Shown here piece by piece: positions 43,614 through 54,962 of a DNA stretch of 64,000 nucleotides. The position numbers and the translations under genes are program-made. Source of the DNA: Candidatus Moanibacter sp. (GTDB taxonomy: Bacteria; Verrucomicrobiota; Verrucomicrobiia; Opitutales; UBA2987). Below the pieces are notes generated by a model that searched no databases, was not told where the DNA came from, and saw only the letters and a program-made list of their open reading frames with translations. Position 1 is the first letter of the stretch. Each line of letters opens with the position of its first letter. The stretch covers positions 64,001-128,000 of the forward strand of contig CBDCEW010000103.1 in the NCBI GenBank assembly GCA_965215885.1. The letters are read 5' to 3'.

Positions 43614-44109
43614 CAATGAACCGTGGTATGGCTACTGCACCCGTGGGTATTTTTTTAAAGATCTGTCCCACGGTGGGCTACGCCCCATCCCACTGTGTCT
43701 GCCGGATTATTCAAGTCTCCAGCTCGAATACATCCTCACTCATGTTTCCCTCCTTCATGCATCGATAACCGTGTGGAACCATGGTATGGCTACTGTCCCG
43801 CTCAGCGAGATGGGCACACTCTTTGCCATTTCCTCTCCACCTCGGACTTCCTCATCGTCCAAACGCTTCAGATTCCGCAATATCTACTTTCGAATCTCCC
43901 GCCTCTTCTACAGTCGATTCTCCCTGCGCGTCTTTCGGCCAGTGGCGGCCGTCGCCTCTTCCCCAGCAAGAAGCCACGGAACAGCCGAACTCAACGATAA
44001 TAAGCCGAAGAGAATAACTCGAGTCACCTTAGTGAATTATTAGACAGGAAGCCCGGATCGCAAACCCTGAAATCTCACAAGGGTAGCGGAAAGCGGGAGC
44101 TTTTCGATC

Positions 44110-46003
44110 CAGGGTAAAAGGATTCCAGGAAGCAACTAGCTGATAAGCAAGAAGATAAAAAAAGAGCTAAACAAACCCGAGGAAATCAGTCATGTTAAGA
44201 TGGGATGAAAGACAAAAAATCTTACCAACTGAATCCTTCGATAGATCGTTTAACTCTGCGTCTGGTCCTGCCCGAAGAGCAGGAGCGATTCAATGATCTA
44301 TTGAAACAACATCATTATTTACACAGTGCGGGCAGCGCAGGAGAGACCCTGCGCTATGTGGCGCAGATCGACGGGCAATGGATGGGCCTGCTCTTGTGGG
44401 GGGCCGCATCCTACCGGCTGACGGATCGAGACGAATGAATCGGGTGGGACGGGGCGCAACGGCATGCACGATTGAAACTGGTAGTACAGAACCGGCGTTT
44501 TCTGATTTTGCCCGGGGTGGATCTTGCAAATTTGGCCTCCAAGACGTTGGGTATGTGCCTGAGAGTCTTAGCCGATCACTGGCAGGAGGCTTTTGGCTAT
44601 CGTCCCTTAGTAGCGGAAACGTTCGTGGACCCACAGATTCACCGGGGCACTTGCTACGAAGCGAGCGGGTGGACGCCCTTGGGCTTGAGCGCGGGATATG
44701 GCCGCCAACGCGAAGATTTCTATCAACGCCATGAGCGTCCCAAGCAGATCTGGGTCAAACCCCTCAAGGCTAATGCCCTTGAGCTTTTGCGCGCTTCAGG
44801 GCCATTGCCCGCGGCACAGAGCCAGGCGCTCAATGAAACCGATAACTCCCATGCGGTCTGCCTCAAAGTGGAACAGATGAGCAGCCTGTGGGAACGCTTC
44901 AATCAGATAGAAGACTTCCGTCGTAAAGCGGGCCTTAGATATCGGCTCGCCACGGTCCTGAGCATGATTGTGCTCGGCACGATGTGCGGCAAACAGACCC
45001 TCAAGGGCATCGTGCGCCTGGCCCATCATCTCAATCAAGCCCAATTGCGCGCCTTACGCTCCTGGAAAAACCCCAAAACAGGCCGCTATAAGGCCCCTTG
45101 CTATGATGTCTTCTATCGGGTCTTGCAAAACGTAAAGGCCGAGCTCTTCGATAAAACCCTCACCGAATTCATCTGCTTACAAGACGGCTGTTTGCCCCGC
45201 GATATTGCCGTCGACGGCAAGACCCTCAAAGGCACAAACACCGAAGAATCAAAGGCTCTGCACCTGGTGGCCGCAGTCGATCACCAAAGCGCTCAAACCT
45301 TAGCCCAAGTCGCTACCGCCGATAAATCCAACGCGATCACCGCCGCCCAGACTCTCTTGCGAAAGATGCCCATTTTGGACGGCTCCACCTTCACCTTCGA
45401 CGCCATGCATAATCAAAAAGAAACTGCCCACATCGTCGTCGAAGAACTCAGTGCTGACTATGTTATTCAAATTAAAGACAATCAGCCCAACATGCATCAA
45501 TACGCTCAGAATCTCTTCAGCTCCACCCCCTTTTTCTCCACCAAACCGTGGACAATGACCATGGGCGACTCGAAATACGTCAAATAGCAACCCATTCTCT
45601 AAGCGCTCCCTCTGCCGGCCTGCCCCATGCCCGCCAGTTCGCCTGTGTGCAACGCACCTTCCATTATCCAAACAAAGCTGAACCTTCCTCTGAACGCTCT
45701 TACTACGTAAGCAGTCTCGATCCCGCCGATTTGAGCCCTCAACAGTTCCTCTCGAAAATTCGCAACCATTGGTCGATCGAAAATAAAAATCATTACCCCA
45801 GGGATCGCTTCTTCGATGAAGATCGATGTATGATCCGTAATCATAACGCAGCCAGAATTCTTGCTGCATGCAGGCAACTGGTTCTCAGCCTCAAGTCTTC
45901 CATGGGCGCTGAATCCACTCCCGCACTCTGTGATGATTTCGTCTTTAACTTACATAAGGCCATCAATATCATCACCTAATGCTCCGAGAATCAAAATACC
46001 GTG
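44110..46003 (+). mobile_element. ISAs1-family element with DUF4338 N-terminal fusion
   Basis: IRs CAGGGTAAAAGGATTCCAGGAAGCA / TGCTCCGAGAATCAAAATACCGTG; no target duplication. Confidence 0.85.
44205..45979 (+). pseudogene. DUF4338-ISAs1 transposase (in-frame TGA at 44436; -1 shift near 45530)
   Basis: HHYL, LRYVA, RRFLILP, NLASK, ETFVDP, GTCYEASGW (DUF4338); AVDGKTLKG, TFDAMH, IKDNQP, HGRLEIR, HWSIEN, RDRFFDED (ISAs1). Confidence 0.85.
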
Positions 46004-47551
46004 GAGCGCTTCAAAGTCGCGCGTCAGATTTTTGCGCCCGTGGGTTTGACGGCGTTTGCGCTTGGAGGTGCGCCAGGTGCCTTCCAGCTCATTGGTCGTG
46101 CGTACGCTGTCTGGATGGGCCGGTGGGGGAAGCAGCCGCTGCCAGTATTTGTCCAGATGAGTGACCACGGTGCGGTAGAGTTTGGCTTTCGAGGGGTTGG
46201 TCAGGGAGGCGCCTTTTTGGCGATATTGGGCACGCAGCAACTGGAGAGCCTCGGTGAGCTCAGCGGCTTGTCCTGCTTGCAACAGATAAGGGTCGCTTAA
46301 AGGGCAGGGGCCGCTGGCGCTGAGCCAAAGGGCATCGCGCAAAGCGCTGAAAATGCAAAAAGCGTTTTCATAGATAGTAGCGGCTTCGATGACGAGGGCA
46401 TCAGCCAGATACTGCTTCAACCCGGTCGAAAGATGAAAGAAGCTTCGCAGAACAGAGCAACTGGCAGGAGCGCGGGCAAGCCACTGCTCCAGGGCGGCAT
46501 GGGCGCGCACGACCCGCCGATGCCAATAAAGCAGGTAAGGATCGAAGGGAAAGCCCTGGCGGTGACCGTCGCAGGGATAATCCAAAATCCACAATTGCAG
46601 GGCCATGAGCAGTTCCCGTGCAAGGGTGGGATCGAAGGGCACTGCGAGCGCTTTGGCGGTGAGCAAATCGGCCAGGACGAGGGCGTGTTTTTCACGGAGG
46701 GCGTCACGGAGCTTTGCGGTGATGTGTTTGCGTTGCTCGCGCATGCGCTCCATGAGCTTCAATTGCCGCAAGCGCCCGTTGAGCATCTGCTGGGGTTTTC
46801 GATAAAGCTGTTCGCCCACATTGCGGGCGAAATGATAATGGCAGACGCCATGGGGGGCCTGGAAGGTTTCGCTCTCGCAGGCCTTGCTGATCTGAGCGCT
46901 TAAATCATGATAGACATGGTGGGGTTGGCCAAAAGCCCGGGCCGCCCGGGCAAAACAGCCACTGATCGTTTCGCTCTGTTCGGAAGGCATTTTCCAGCTG
47001 CCCAAAAGGATCCCTTCGTCGGCTTCCTGAACAGCGAAGAAAACCGGCGTCTGCGGTTCCACGGTCCCATCCACCAGCCAGCGCAGGCAAGGGCGAGCGC
47101 TCAGGTAATCTTTAAGCACCGGAGCGGCCGCGGCGTGCAGCCGACCCAGATAAAAAAGAAACTTCTGCTGCATCTCATAGAGGCTGCTTTGAGCAATCTG
47201 CAGCTGCCCCGGGCCCTCGCGCAGTTCCCTGTGCACCTCTTTGAGGGTGGCGTTTTCGCACAAACATCGCTTGCCCACATAGGCAATCAGATCGTAAGCG
47301 TAGCGACTATGCGAGGGCACGATCTGTTCCAGGCGAGCAGAACGGTAGCTGTTGCGGTGGCTCCCTTGCCCCTGCTCGCGCACAACTTCCACCGCCTGGA
47401 AGCATCCATAGGAGAAACTGACCACCTTGCGGCGCAGGGTCTTGCGCACCTCTGAAGGACCCTCTTCGTCCTCCCGGGCATCGAAGCGATAACTCGTTTG
47501 CGCAGGCACAGCCCCCACCGTTTGCAGGGCCCGTTCAGCCTCTGCCCGCAA
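46004..47551 (-). CDS. Unclassified DDE transposase ORF B (IS256/Mutator-like motifs), 3'-truncated by ISAs1
   Basis: LVDGT, YHDLS, CHYHFARNV, RTTNELEGTWR. Confidence 0.7.
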
Positions 47552-47568
47552 ATCATGTAACAGCTCCG

Positions 47569-48270
47569 CTACCGCGATCGTTCCGGTTTTTTTTTGAGCG
47601 AGTAAAACGCCATCACCCGCTCAATTTGCTCCCCGCTCAGCTCTACTCCCTGCTCTTGCATAAGCTCGACAAGCTCCTTGACCCCGGCCTCGGGATGGCC
47701 GATACAGGCGACCAGCAAAGCGATCACGACCATCGTTTCGAGCCCTTCGGGAGCTGCCTGCAAAGCGCCCCCGGGGTCCCCTGCCTGAACTTGTGCCGCT
47801 GTTCTTCGCCCTTGCCGCCGCTTTTTCTGTTCGGCCCCGCCCTGTTCCCCGGCCGAGACATACACGCAGTGACGCCCTTCATAGTATCGACTCAACCGCT
47901 TCTTTCTACAAAGCACGCTTATGGGGTTGTGCACCCGTACCCCAAGGAGGGTCTCCAACTCAGCCACCGTGTAGCCGCAAAGCGAAGCTCCCACCACCGC
48001 CTCCACGGTCTCCTCCAAGGTGCCGTGGCGCGAAAAGCGCCCCTTGCGAAAACGCCACAAACCGGCCCCGTCAAAGCGCGGAATGTCTTTCAAGCTCAGG
48101 TAGCCACAATTGGCATTGTAACTGGAGTAATGGCCATATTTTTGCAAAGCCCGATAGACCGTTCGCCGCGACACCCTCTGCTCCTTCATCAGCCTCCACA
48201 CCGTGCTTACCCGATCCCGCCGTACCGCTTCGACCACCTCCCTCTCTTTACGCGAAAGCTCTTCTTGCAT
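47569..48270 (-). CDS. Transposase-associated ORF A (HTH-like), ends in an A9 slippery site
   Basis: VSRRTVYRAL HTH-like segment; IPRFDGAGLW, FSRHGTL; ends LKKKPERSR. Confidence 0.65.
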   Translation of the reverse strand: MQEELSRKEREVVEAVRRDRVSTVWRLMKEQRVSRRTVYRALQKYGHYSSYNANCGYLSLKDIPRFDGAGLWRFRKGRFSRHGTLEETVEAVVGASLCGYTVAELETLLGVRVHNPISVLCRKKRLSRYYEGRHCVYVSAGEQGGAEQKKRRQGRRTAAQVQAGDPGGALQAAPEGLETMVVIALLVACIGHPEAGVKELVELMQEQGVELSGEQIERVMAFYSLKKKPERSR

Positions 48271-48590
48271 GCACCGGCACAGTATGGAAAGGAGGCAAAA
48301 CTGCAAACTCTATTTTACATACAATGCCAATACCAACTTTCTCCAGCTCCCTTCGCTTCTACTCAATTGCCACCAGAAATCAACTCCCCGTTCAAAGCGC
48401 TTTTGTAACTGATTAATACTCAACAAGTTTCTAACTGACAACAAACCTGCAGGAAAAGCTCTCTACCTCTAACGAACCCACACACAACAATCGTTGAAAC
48501 TCCATTCTGGCATACTATGTAATCAATAGAATCTTGCAAGTGCCTGAATAACATTTACTTTGGGTTCTCCAACCCAATTTCGTAATTATG

Positions 48591-48770
48591 GGTCTTGTGC
48601 CGGGGTGGCGCGCGTTCCCTGCTATTAACCGTGTGCCTCAACCAACCCCTCCACCGGTCCTTTCTCGCCCCAGCCGTGTTCAAGCTGGGGCGAGAAAGGA
48701 CCGGTGGAGGGGTGCGCGGTCACAATCGCCTATTGTAGCTGTATACCGTGCGCCACCTCGGCACAAGACC
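48591..48770. repeat. 180-bp nested palindrome
   Basis: Outer GGTCTTGTGCCGGGGTGGCGC / GCGCCACCTCGGCACAAGACC; inner perfect 30-bp arms 48645-48674 / 48684-48713. Confidence 0.88.
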
Positions 48771-48884
48771 GGGGCAGCCTCAAAAACGCTAAACAGGCAC
48801 AATCAGCGAAGGGATCCGGCTGCAATTCTCAGCAAATATGAGGATCCTACTGAACACCGAATGCGCAGTGCCCTTCGCGCCCAT

Positions 48885-50739
48885 CTAGTCCTAAAATAAG
48901 CGCGTTTAAAGGTTGAACAGGAAACTTCGTTATTCCTAACGTTATTTGCCATGCTGGCGGTAGTTTTGCCGCCGCCACCCTTGGGCTGGTTTCATGTTTT
49001 GCTTTTTTTGAGTCATATCCGTTCTGTTTTAACGTTAGTTCTGTCCCCTTTTTTGGATACGCCGACAGTCCTTCCGTTGTGGCTGTGCGTTCGCGGTTAC
49101 TTGATCTGCTACCCAGGCGACATAGATCGGAATCGCTCCCAGGTGCTGATAAAATCTCCCATCCACTCGTTCCAGCTTAAAAGCCGATAAACAATTCGGC
49201 GCCCGCTTCGGATGATTTGCGCGGGGAGCAAGATGATGGCGTGAAGGAAGCGCCGAAACTCCATCTTCACGATCTCCAACCCCCGCAGGCGGTTGGGCAT
49301 GAGTAATCCATACCACGCCTTCAGGTTCCAGGCCAATGCTGTCATTACCATATAGGCCCAATTGCTCAAAAGATCATCCACGGGCATACGCATCGCATTA
49401 ACCCCGTTTTTGAGTTGCTCAATAACGTTCTCCTGATCGCAGCGTTGATTCGCAAAGGCGACCACCTGCTCCTTAGTCAGGTCCCTACGATTTGTGATAT
49501 AAAAAAAGTAGCGGATCTCATCAAAGAGCACTACTTCGCCCTTTTGCACACTGATGTTCTTACGCACCACCACCATCCGATAGGTCTTTTTGCACTTGTT
49601 GGGCCGATAGTCCAACTCGGCCACACTTTCTGCCTCCAGCACCTTGTTTTCAAAACCCTTCTGGTGCACGATCCCTTCCTTCACTCGCGGCGCTTTAGCT
49701 CTCGATTCGGTCGCTATTTCATGCTTGGGCAACCGCTCCAGTTCGCTCCAGGCCGTCTCTCTGAACTCCTCGGCCAGTCCCACCACTTTGGGATGCGCAT
49801 CCATTCCGAAGATAAATCCCGTTCCTTCTTCATCCCACCGATCGAAGTTTTCTGTCAACGAAAAGTCCGTATCCCCTCGCAAGCAGATTTTCCCCGCATG
49901 CGCACGCACAAGTTCCACCGCCCGATCAATCCACTTTACGCATCCCTCATGGCTAGTCTCATTGCCCGGTCGATTCACCATGTAGAGCACTTCCCTGGTA
50001 TTTGCCAAACTCACGATCAGCGGTGCATAGCCCCAGATCCCCTTATAGCTTATTCCCATACCCCCTTTGCACTTCCCTCTCGTCTGCGCTATCGTCCCGT
50101 CCACATCGATGAACGCCTCCTCCATGAATCCTTTTGCCTGCTTGTTCCACACCCCTTGCCGTATCCGGTTGATCCCTTCCATCAATTTTTCGATCGCGCC
50201 TTCATCAAAGCGTCGGGTGAAGTCTCCACTGGTCGTCGGATCCGGTATCCTCTGCGCTCCTAAGGCATTCAGAAAAACCTCGTCCTTGCGGCGCAATTCG
50301 ATGTCTTCGAGCCGGATCCCTCCCAATAATGCGTTGTAGGCTATGTTGAGCACATGATCACTCTCATGATACGGCAGGTGGCGCTTGAGCAACTGCACGC
50401 TCTGGTCGAGCTCTTCCACCAACCCCAGTCTCTTCACCATCAGGTGAATCGCTCCTATCCCTCCACAACTCACCCCTTTGCCTCGTTCGGCCGTCTCGTA
50501 GTGGATGTTGCTCGCTTTGAACATCGGTTTGGCCTGTTCAGGCCAGCCCCGATTTCTAAGCCGATGCTTTATTCTTCTCTTGCTATTGTGGAGGTTCTTG
50601 CGGTATCTTCTTTTCACTCGAAACGTCCTTTTTTTCTGGGTGGTTTTTTTGGTCGATTAACAGTTTTCCCAGTATCTAAGCGCGTTTCGAGCTTTTTATT
50701 GCGTTAGGTATATTCCAATCACACTTGTTCGAGGTCTAG
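48885..50739 (-). mobile_element. IS1380-family insertion sequence
   Basis: Imperfect IRs CTAGTCCTAAAATAAGCGCG / CACACTTGTTCGAGGTCTAG; CTAG may be the target duplication. Confidence 0.75.
49109..50617 (-). CDS. IS1380 transposase
   Basis: IDVDGT, GYAPL, RPGN, LRGDTDF, NQRCDQENVIEQLK, ALAWNL. Confidence 0.9.
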   Translation of the reverse strand: MKRRYRKNLHNSKRRIKHRLRNRGWPEQAKPMFKASNIHYETAERGKGVSCGGIGAIHLMVKRLGLVEELDQSVQLLKRHLPYHESDHVLNIAYNALLGGIRLEDIELRRKDEVFLNALGAQRIPDPTTSGDFTRRFDEGAIEKLMEGINRIRQGVWNKQAKGFMEEAFIDVDGTIAQTRGKCKGGMGISYKGIWGYAPLIVSLANTREVLYMVNRPGNETSHEGCVKWIDRAVELVRAHAGKICLRGDTDFSLTENFDRWDEEGTGFIFGMDAHPKVVGLAEEFRETAWSELERLPKHEIATESRAKAPRVKEGIVHQKGFENKVLEAESVAELDYRPNKCKKTYRMVVVRKNISVQKGEVVLFDEIRYFFYITNRRDLTKEQVVAFANQRCDQENVIEQLKNGVNAMRMPVDDLLSNWAYMVMTALAWNLKAWYGLLMPNRLRGLEIVKMEFRRFLHAIILLPAQIIRSGRRIVYRLLSWNEWMGDFISTWERFRSMSPG

Positions 50740-50842
50740 TGTCGTGTCACGTTAACACCTTTACACAGGTGAGAGCGCCAATGAGGAGCAGCGCAAGGCC
50801 GGCAGCCGGGTGAAGGTATTAATGGGACACGGCACTCCTCGA

Positions 50843-53332
50843 TCACGAAACACTCGATGCCGGTTGGTCTTGATTAAAGGTAAGGCGGTCGCCCTCTACT
50901 GCCACGAGGATGGGTTCACCCCTCTTCAATTCACCCCTCAGGATGGCTTCCGCCAAAGGATCTTCAAGGTGCCGCTCAACGGCCCGGCGAAGGGGACGCG
51001 CGCCATATTTCGAATCGTACCCATTATCGATTAGAAAGTCCCGTGCTTCTTCCGACACTTCCAGAGAAATATCCTTCTCATTGAGCCTCAACGATACCTT
51101 TCCCAGCTCAAGTTTCACGATTTTGAGCAAGTCATCTCGTGTTAATATCCGAAAGACGATCAGCTCGTTCACCCGGTTAAGAAACTCCGGTTTAAAGACC
51201 TTCTTCGATTCCTCCAGGATTTTTTCCTTAAGCTTTTCGTAACTGTCATCATCACCGCCGGGCGAATCAAATCCTAGAGAACCGGATCTTTGCAGTGTTT
51301 GCGCACCTACGTTTGAAGTCATAATGATGATCGTATTGCGAAAATCCACCGTCCGGCCCAGACTGTCTGTAAGCCGTCCGTCTTCCAGAACCTGGAGCAA
51401 AAGCTGCACCACATCGGGGTGCGCCTTCTCAATTTCATCGAACAAGACTACGCAATAAGGTCTGCGTCGCACAGTCTCGGTGAGTTGTCCCCCCTCTTCA
51501 TACCCGACATATCCGGGAGGCGAACCGATCAACCTCGAAACCGTAAACTTTTCCATGTACTCGGACATATCGAGTTGAACGATAGAATCCTGGTCGCCAA
51601 AGATTTTCTCCGCCAGGACTTTCGCAAGGTGACTCTTCCCGACCCCGGTCGGGCCCATGAACATAAATGAACCGATCGGTCGCCGAGGGTCCTTCAAATC
51701 CGCCCGCGAACGCCGCAGAGCCTTGGCGATAACTTCCGTGGCGATATTCTGCCCGATCACCTCCACCTGTATCTCCGCTTCGAGTTTGAGCAGCTTCTCG
51801 GTCTCTTTCTCTTCCATGCGGCTCAGTGGAATGCCTGTCCAACTCGATACAATATGAAGCATGGCATCATCATCCACCGTAACCTGTGTCTCCTCCCGAT
51901 TCTGTTTCCAATCCTCGAGTATTTCCTCGCGTTTGGCCCGAAGCTGCTTCTCCGTATCGCGGAATTTTGCTGCACCTTCAAAATGTTGCTTGCTGATCGC
52001 CTCCTCCTTCTGCGAGCAAACTTCGTCGATTTGACGCGCCAGATCCTCCACCTCCGGAGGGCGCTTCAAGGAGTCTATACGCGCACGGGCGCCAGATTCG
52101 TCGAGCACATCAATTGCCTTATCGGGAAGGTAGCGCCCTGTGATATAGCGGTCCGAGAGTTTTGCCGCCGACTCTATCGCGCTCTTCGTGTATATCACTT
52201 TGTGGTGTTCTTCGTATTTGTGGCGAATGCCGTTCAAAATCTTAATTGTGTCCTCAACCGATGGCGCCTCTACAATCACGCTTTGAAACCTGCGATCCAG
52301 GGCGCTGTCCTTTTCGATGTACTTGCGATACTCGGACAATGTAGTAGCTCCAATACACTGCAATTCCCCTCGAGAGAGGGCCGGTTTGAAGATATTTGAG
52401 GCATCCATCGCGCCTTCCGCTGCGCCCGCACCCACAATTGTATGCAATTCGTCGATAAATATGATTATGTTCTTCGCTCGCCGTATTTCATCCATCACCG
52501 CTTTGATTCGCTCTTCAAATTGGCCGCGGTATTTCGTTCCCGCGACCATCAGCGCCAAATCCAATGTAATGACGCGCTTGTCCAACAGAATCTCGGGTAT
52601 CAGTGCGGAGGCGATTTCCTGTGCAAGACCCTCGACGATGGCTGTCTTTCCGACACCGGCCTCCCCAATCAAAACCGGATTATTCTTCGTGCGCCGGCAA
52701 AGTATCTGGATGACCCGTCGTATTTCATCTTTTCGGCCTATCACCGGATCGAGTTCGTTGTTTTGTGCCAGTTCCGTCAAATCCCTTCCGAACGCCTTTA
52801 ACGCCGGTGTCTTTAGATCCTTTTTCTCCTCCGAACCGGCACCCGCCGCGGAAGAGATGGCATCTTCGTGTTCTCCAGTGAAATTGGGATCGAGCTCGCT
52901 GAGAATCTCATTTCGGCAACGCTCGATATCCACATCCAGGCTTTTTAGAACTCGAGCTGCCACACCTTCGCCTTCTCGAAGCAGGCCCAACAGAATATGC
53001 TCCGTCCCTACATAGCTGTGATTGAGAGATTTCGCTTCCTTCCCGGCTAACGCCAGGACCTTCTTAACTCTCGGAGTGTAGGGGATGTTTCCCGTCGGCT
53101 TCGATTCTGGTCCCGTCCCTACCTGCTTTTCCACCGCCGCTCGAACCGTTTCCAAATCCAACCCCATTTTCTGCAGAACGTTCACCGCTACTCCTTGTCC
53201 CAGGTTAATCAAACCCAGGAGGAGATGCTCGGTCCCTACATAATTGTGGTGAAAACGGTCCGCTTCCTTACGTGCCAATGCGAGCACCTGCTGCGCCCGA
53301 GGGGTAAAGTTATTCATCGGTTCCAATGCCAT
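50843..53332 (-). CDS. clpC: ATP-dependent Clp protease ATP-binding subunit ClpC
   Basis: Clp N repeats, [11 protein letters not shown] middle domain, [12 protein letters not shown] ClpP loop, YGARPLRR. Confidence 0.96.
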   Translation of the reverse strand: MALEPMNNFTPRAQQVLALARKEADRFHHNYVGTEHLLLGLINLGQGVAVNVLQKMGLDLETVRAAVEKQVGTGPESKPTGNIPYTPRVKKVLALAGKEAKSLNHSYVGTEHILLGLLREGEGVAARVLKSLDVDIERCRNEILSELDPNFTGEHEDAISSAAGAGSEEKKDLKTPALKAFGRDLTELAQNNELDPVIGRKDEIRRVIQILCRRTKNNPVLIGEAGVGKTAIVEGLAQEIASALIPEILLDKRVITLDLALMVAGTKYRGQFEERIKAVMDEIRRAKNIIIFIDELHTIVGAGAAEGAMDASNIFKPALSRGELQCIGATTLSEYRKYIEKDSALDRRFQSVIVEAPSVEDTIKILNGIRHKYEEHHKVIYTKSAIESAAKLSDRYITGRYLPDKAIDVLDESGARARIDSLKRPPEVEDLARQIDEVCSQKEEAISKQHFEGAAKFRDTEKQLRAKREEILEDWKQNREETQVTVDDDAMLHIVSSWTGIPLSRMEEKETEKLLKLEAEIQVEVIGQNIATEVIAKALRRSRADLKDPRRPIGSFMFMGPTGVGKSHLAKVLAEKIFGDQDSIVQLDMSEYMEKFTVSRLIGSPPGYVGYEEGGQLTETVRRRPYCVVLFDEIEKAHPDVVQLLLQVLEDGRLTDSLGRTVDFRNTIIIMTSNVGAQTLQRSGSLGFDSPGGDDDSYEKLKEKILEESKKVFKPEFLNRVNELIVFRILTRDDLLKIVKLELGKVSLRLNEKDISLEVSEEARDFLIDNGYDSKYGARPLRRAVERHLEDPLAEAILRGELKRGEPILVAVEGDRLTFNQDQPASSVS

Positions 53333-53358
53333 TTCGCCTTACTCTCTTACTATTCTTC

Positions 53359-54447
53359 TTAAGATAAATTCTCAACCTTGTCAAAGTTAAGAAGCGGCAG
53401 TCCTTCGAATTGTTCCCGCATATACTTTGCACGGTATATATCGCGCTCACCCGGATCGATCTCACTTTTGGCCGCGTATTGAATATGCCCCGGCTGGCTC
53501 TCGATAAAGAGACGATCGATTTTCGGGCGCAGCGTTTCCTCGAGCATGTTCAAATCGACCGCCAGCCGCAGCAGCGATAGCAGTTTCATCGCTTCCGTCG
53601 AACTCAAGATATGAACATTCATCAATATCCCGTAAGCGCGCCCGATCTTATCAAATACCTTTTCAGGCTCCCTTTCGAGAAGCTTCTGACGGGCATTATT
53701 CTCCTGTTCGATTATAGAGGAGAGCACGTTCGTAATCCGCTTTATGATATCTCCTTCGCTCTCTCCCAGTGTCTGTTGATTCGAAATCTGAAATATGCTT
53801 CCGCTCGCATCCGAGCCTTCCCCAAATAATCCTCTCACCGCAATACCGAGCTGGTTAACCGCCCGTATCACTTTCTCCATCTGCTCCGAAATAATGAGAG
53901 CCGGCAAATGCATCATGGCCGATGCCCTCAGACCCGTGCCAACATTCGTCGGACAGGCTGTCAGATAACCCAGATCCGAGGCAAAAGCATAGTCGATATA
54001 CTCTTCGATCATGCTGTCCAGCTCGTTAACGGTCTTCCAGATCCGCTTAAAATTGAACCCTCCTTTTACCATCTGAATACGCAAGTGATCCTCTTCATTT
54101 ATCATTACCGCACATGACTGATCGCTACCTATCATTACTCCAGAGTTTTTCTCGCCATTCGATAGTTCTCGGCTGATCAAATGTCTCTCCACCAGCACCT
54201 GTTTCTCCAGATCACTCAGCTCTTCAATGGTAAAACACGCACCGCTATCCATTTGCGGGAGCTTGCTCACCGCCTCTAAACAAGCGGACAAAACTTCACG
54301 CCTCTGTGACTCCTTGGCCCACCCGGGAAAGGGAATATCATTCAAATTGCGAGCCAGTCGGACCCTCGTACTTAAAACCACCGGACAGTTCACTCTCGAA
54401 CCATGGGTCAGTTCTGCCTTCGCTTTGATGAGAGGACTGATACTCAT
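53359..54447 (-). CDS. mcsB: Protein arginine kinase
   Basis: STRVRLARN, INEEDHLRIQ, GYLTACPTNVGTGLRAS, QISNQQTLG. Confidence 0.95.
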   Translation of the reverse strand: MSISPLIKAKAELTHGSRVNCPVVLSTRVRLARNLNDIPFPGWAKESQRREVLSACLEAVSKLPQMDSGACFTIEELSDLEKQVLVERHLISRELSNGEKNSGVMIGSDQSCAVMINEEDHLRIQMVKGGFNFKRIWKTVNELDSMIEEYIDYAFASDLGYLTACPTNVGTGLRASAMMHLPALIISEQMEKVIRAVNQLGIAVRGLFGEGSDASGSIFQISNQQTLGESEGDIIKRITNVLSSIIEQENNARQKLLEREPEKVFDKIGRAYGILMNVHILSSTEAMKLLSLLRLAVDLNMLEETLRPKIDRLFIESQPGHIQYAAKSEIDPGERDIYRAKYMREQFEGLPLLNFDKVENLS

Positions 54448-54449
54448 GG

Positions 54450-54962
54450 CTAATCCTGTGTGTTACTCAATTTCGACTCTTTCACCTGGCTAATCTCATC
54501 TCGATACTGTGCCGCTTCTTCATAGCGCTCATCGGCGATGGCAGTCTGCAATTTCTCGTCAAGTTCGTTCAGCCGCTCGTGTAGGGAGACACGCTCCATC
54601 GCCCTCTGCGGCACTTTACCCCTGTGCAAAATCCCTTTGTGCATGCCTTGGAGCATAGGATTGACTACCTCGCGGAAATGGTCGTAACAAGCCGGGCATC
54701 CCAAACGCCCACTCTTCCTGAAATCGCTCGTTGACAACCCACATTGCTCGCACACCAGATCCCCCCCCGCAGGTTTTACCTCGGATACCAGTCCGGACTT
54801 CGAAAATAGATCTTCAAAAGACAAGCCGTCCGGATCCGTCACCCCCTTTTCCTGGGCACACTCTTCGCACAGATGCACCTTGTGGATCTTATTTTGAATG
54901 ATTTGCGTCAAATGCACGGTAGCCAGTTTATCGCAAATCTGGCACTGAATTGACTCTCCCAT
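54450..54962 (-). CDS. mcsA: McsA (CXXC + UVR domain) activator
   Basis: CQIC, LCEECA, CEQC, GRLGCPACY, HRGKVP, YEEAAQYRDEI. Confidence 0.93.
   Translation of the reverse strand: MGESIQCQICDKLATVHLTQIIQNKIHKVHLCEECAQEKGVTDPDGLSFEDLFSKSGLVSEVKPAGGDLVCEQCGLSTSDFRKSGRLGCPACYDHFREVVNPMLQGMHKGILHRGKVPQRAMERVSLHERLNELDEKLQTAIADERYEEAAQYRDEISQVKESKLSNTQD

Noticed and set aside
43522..44043. 173-aa ORF and neighbouring short ORFs
   Set aside because: Begins inside family A copy 5. The minus strand shows only a stop-riddled signal-peptide-like remnant that cannot be identified.
44436..44438. TGA recoded as Trp (alternative genetic code)
   Set aside because: TGA is a normal stop in secDF, glmS, trpE and others; this is a point mutation or sequencing error
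44205..44800. Druantia defence system
   Set aside because: The DUF4338 domain is inside IS ends, fused to a transposase, with no other dru genes or helicase
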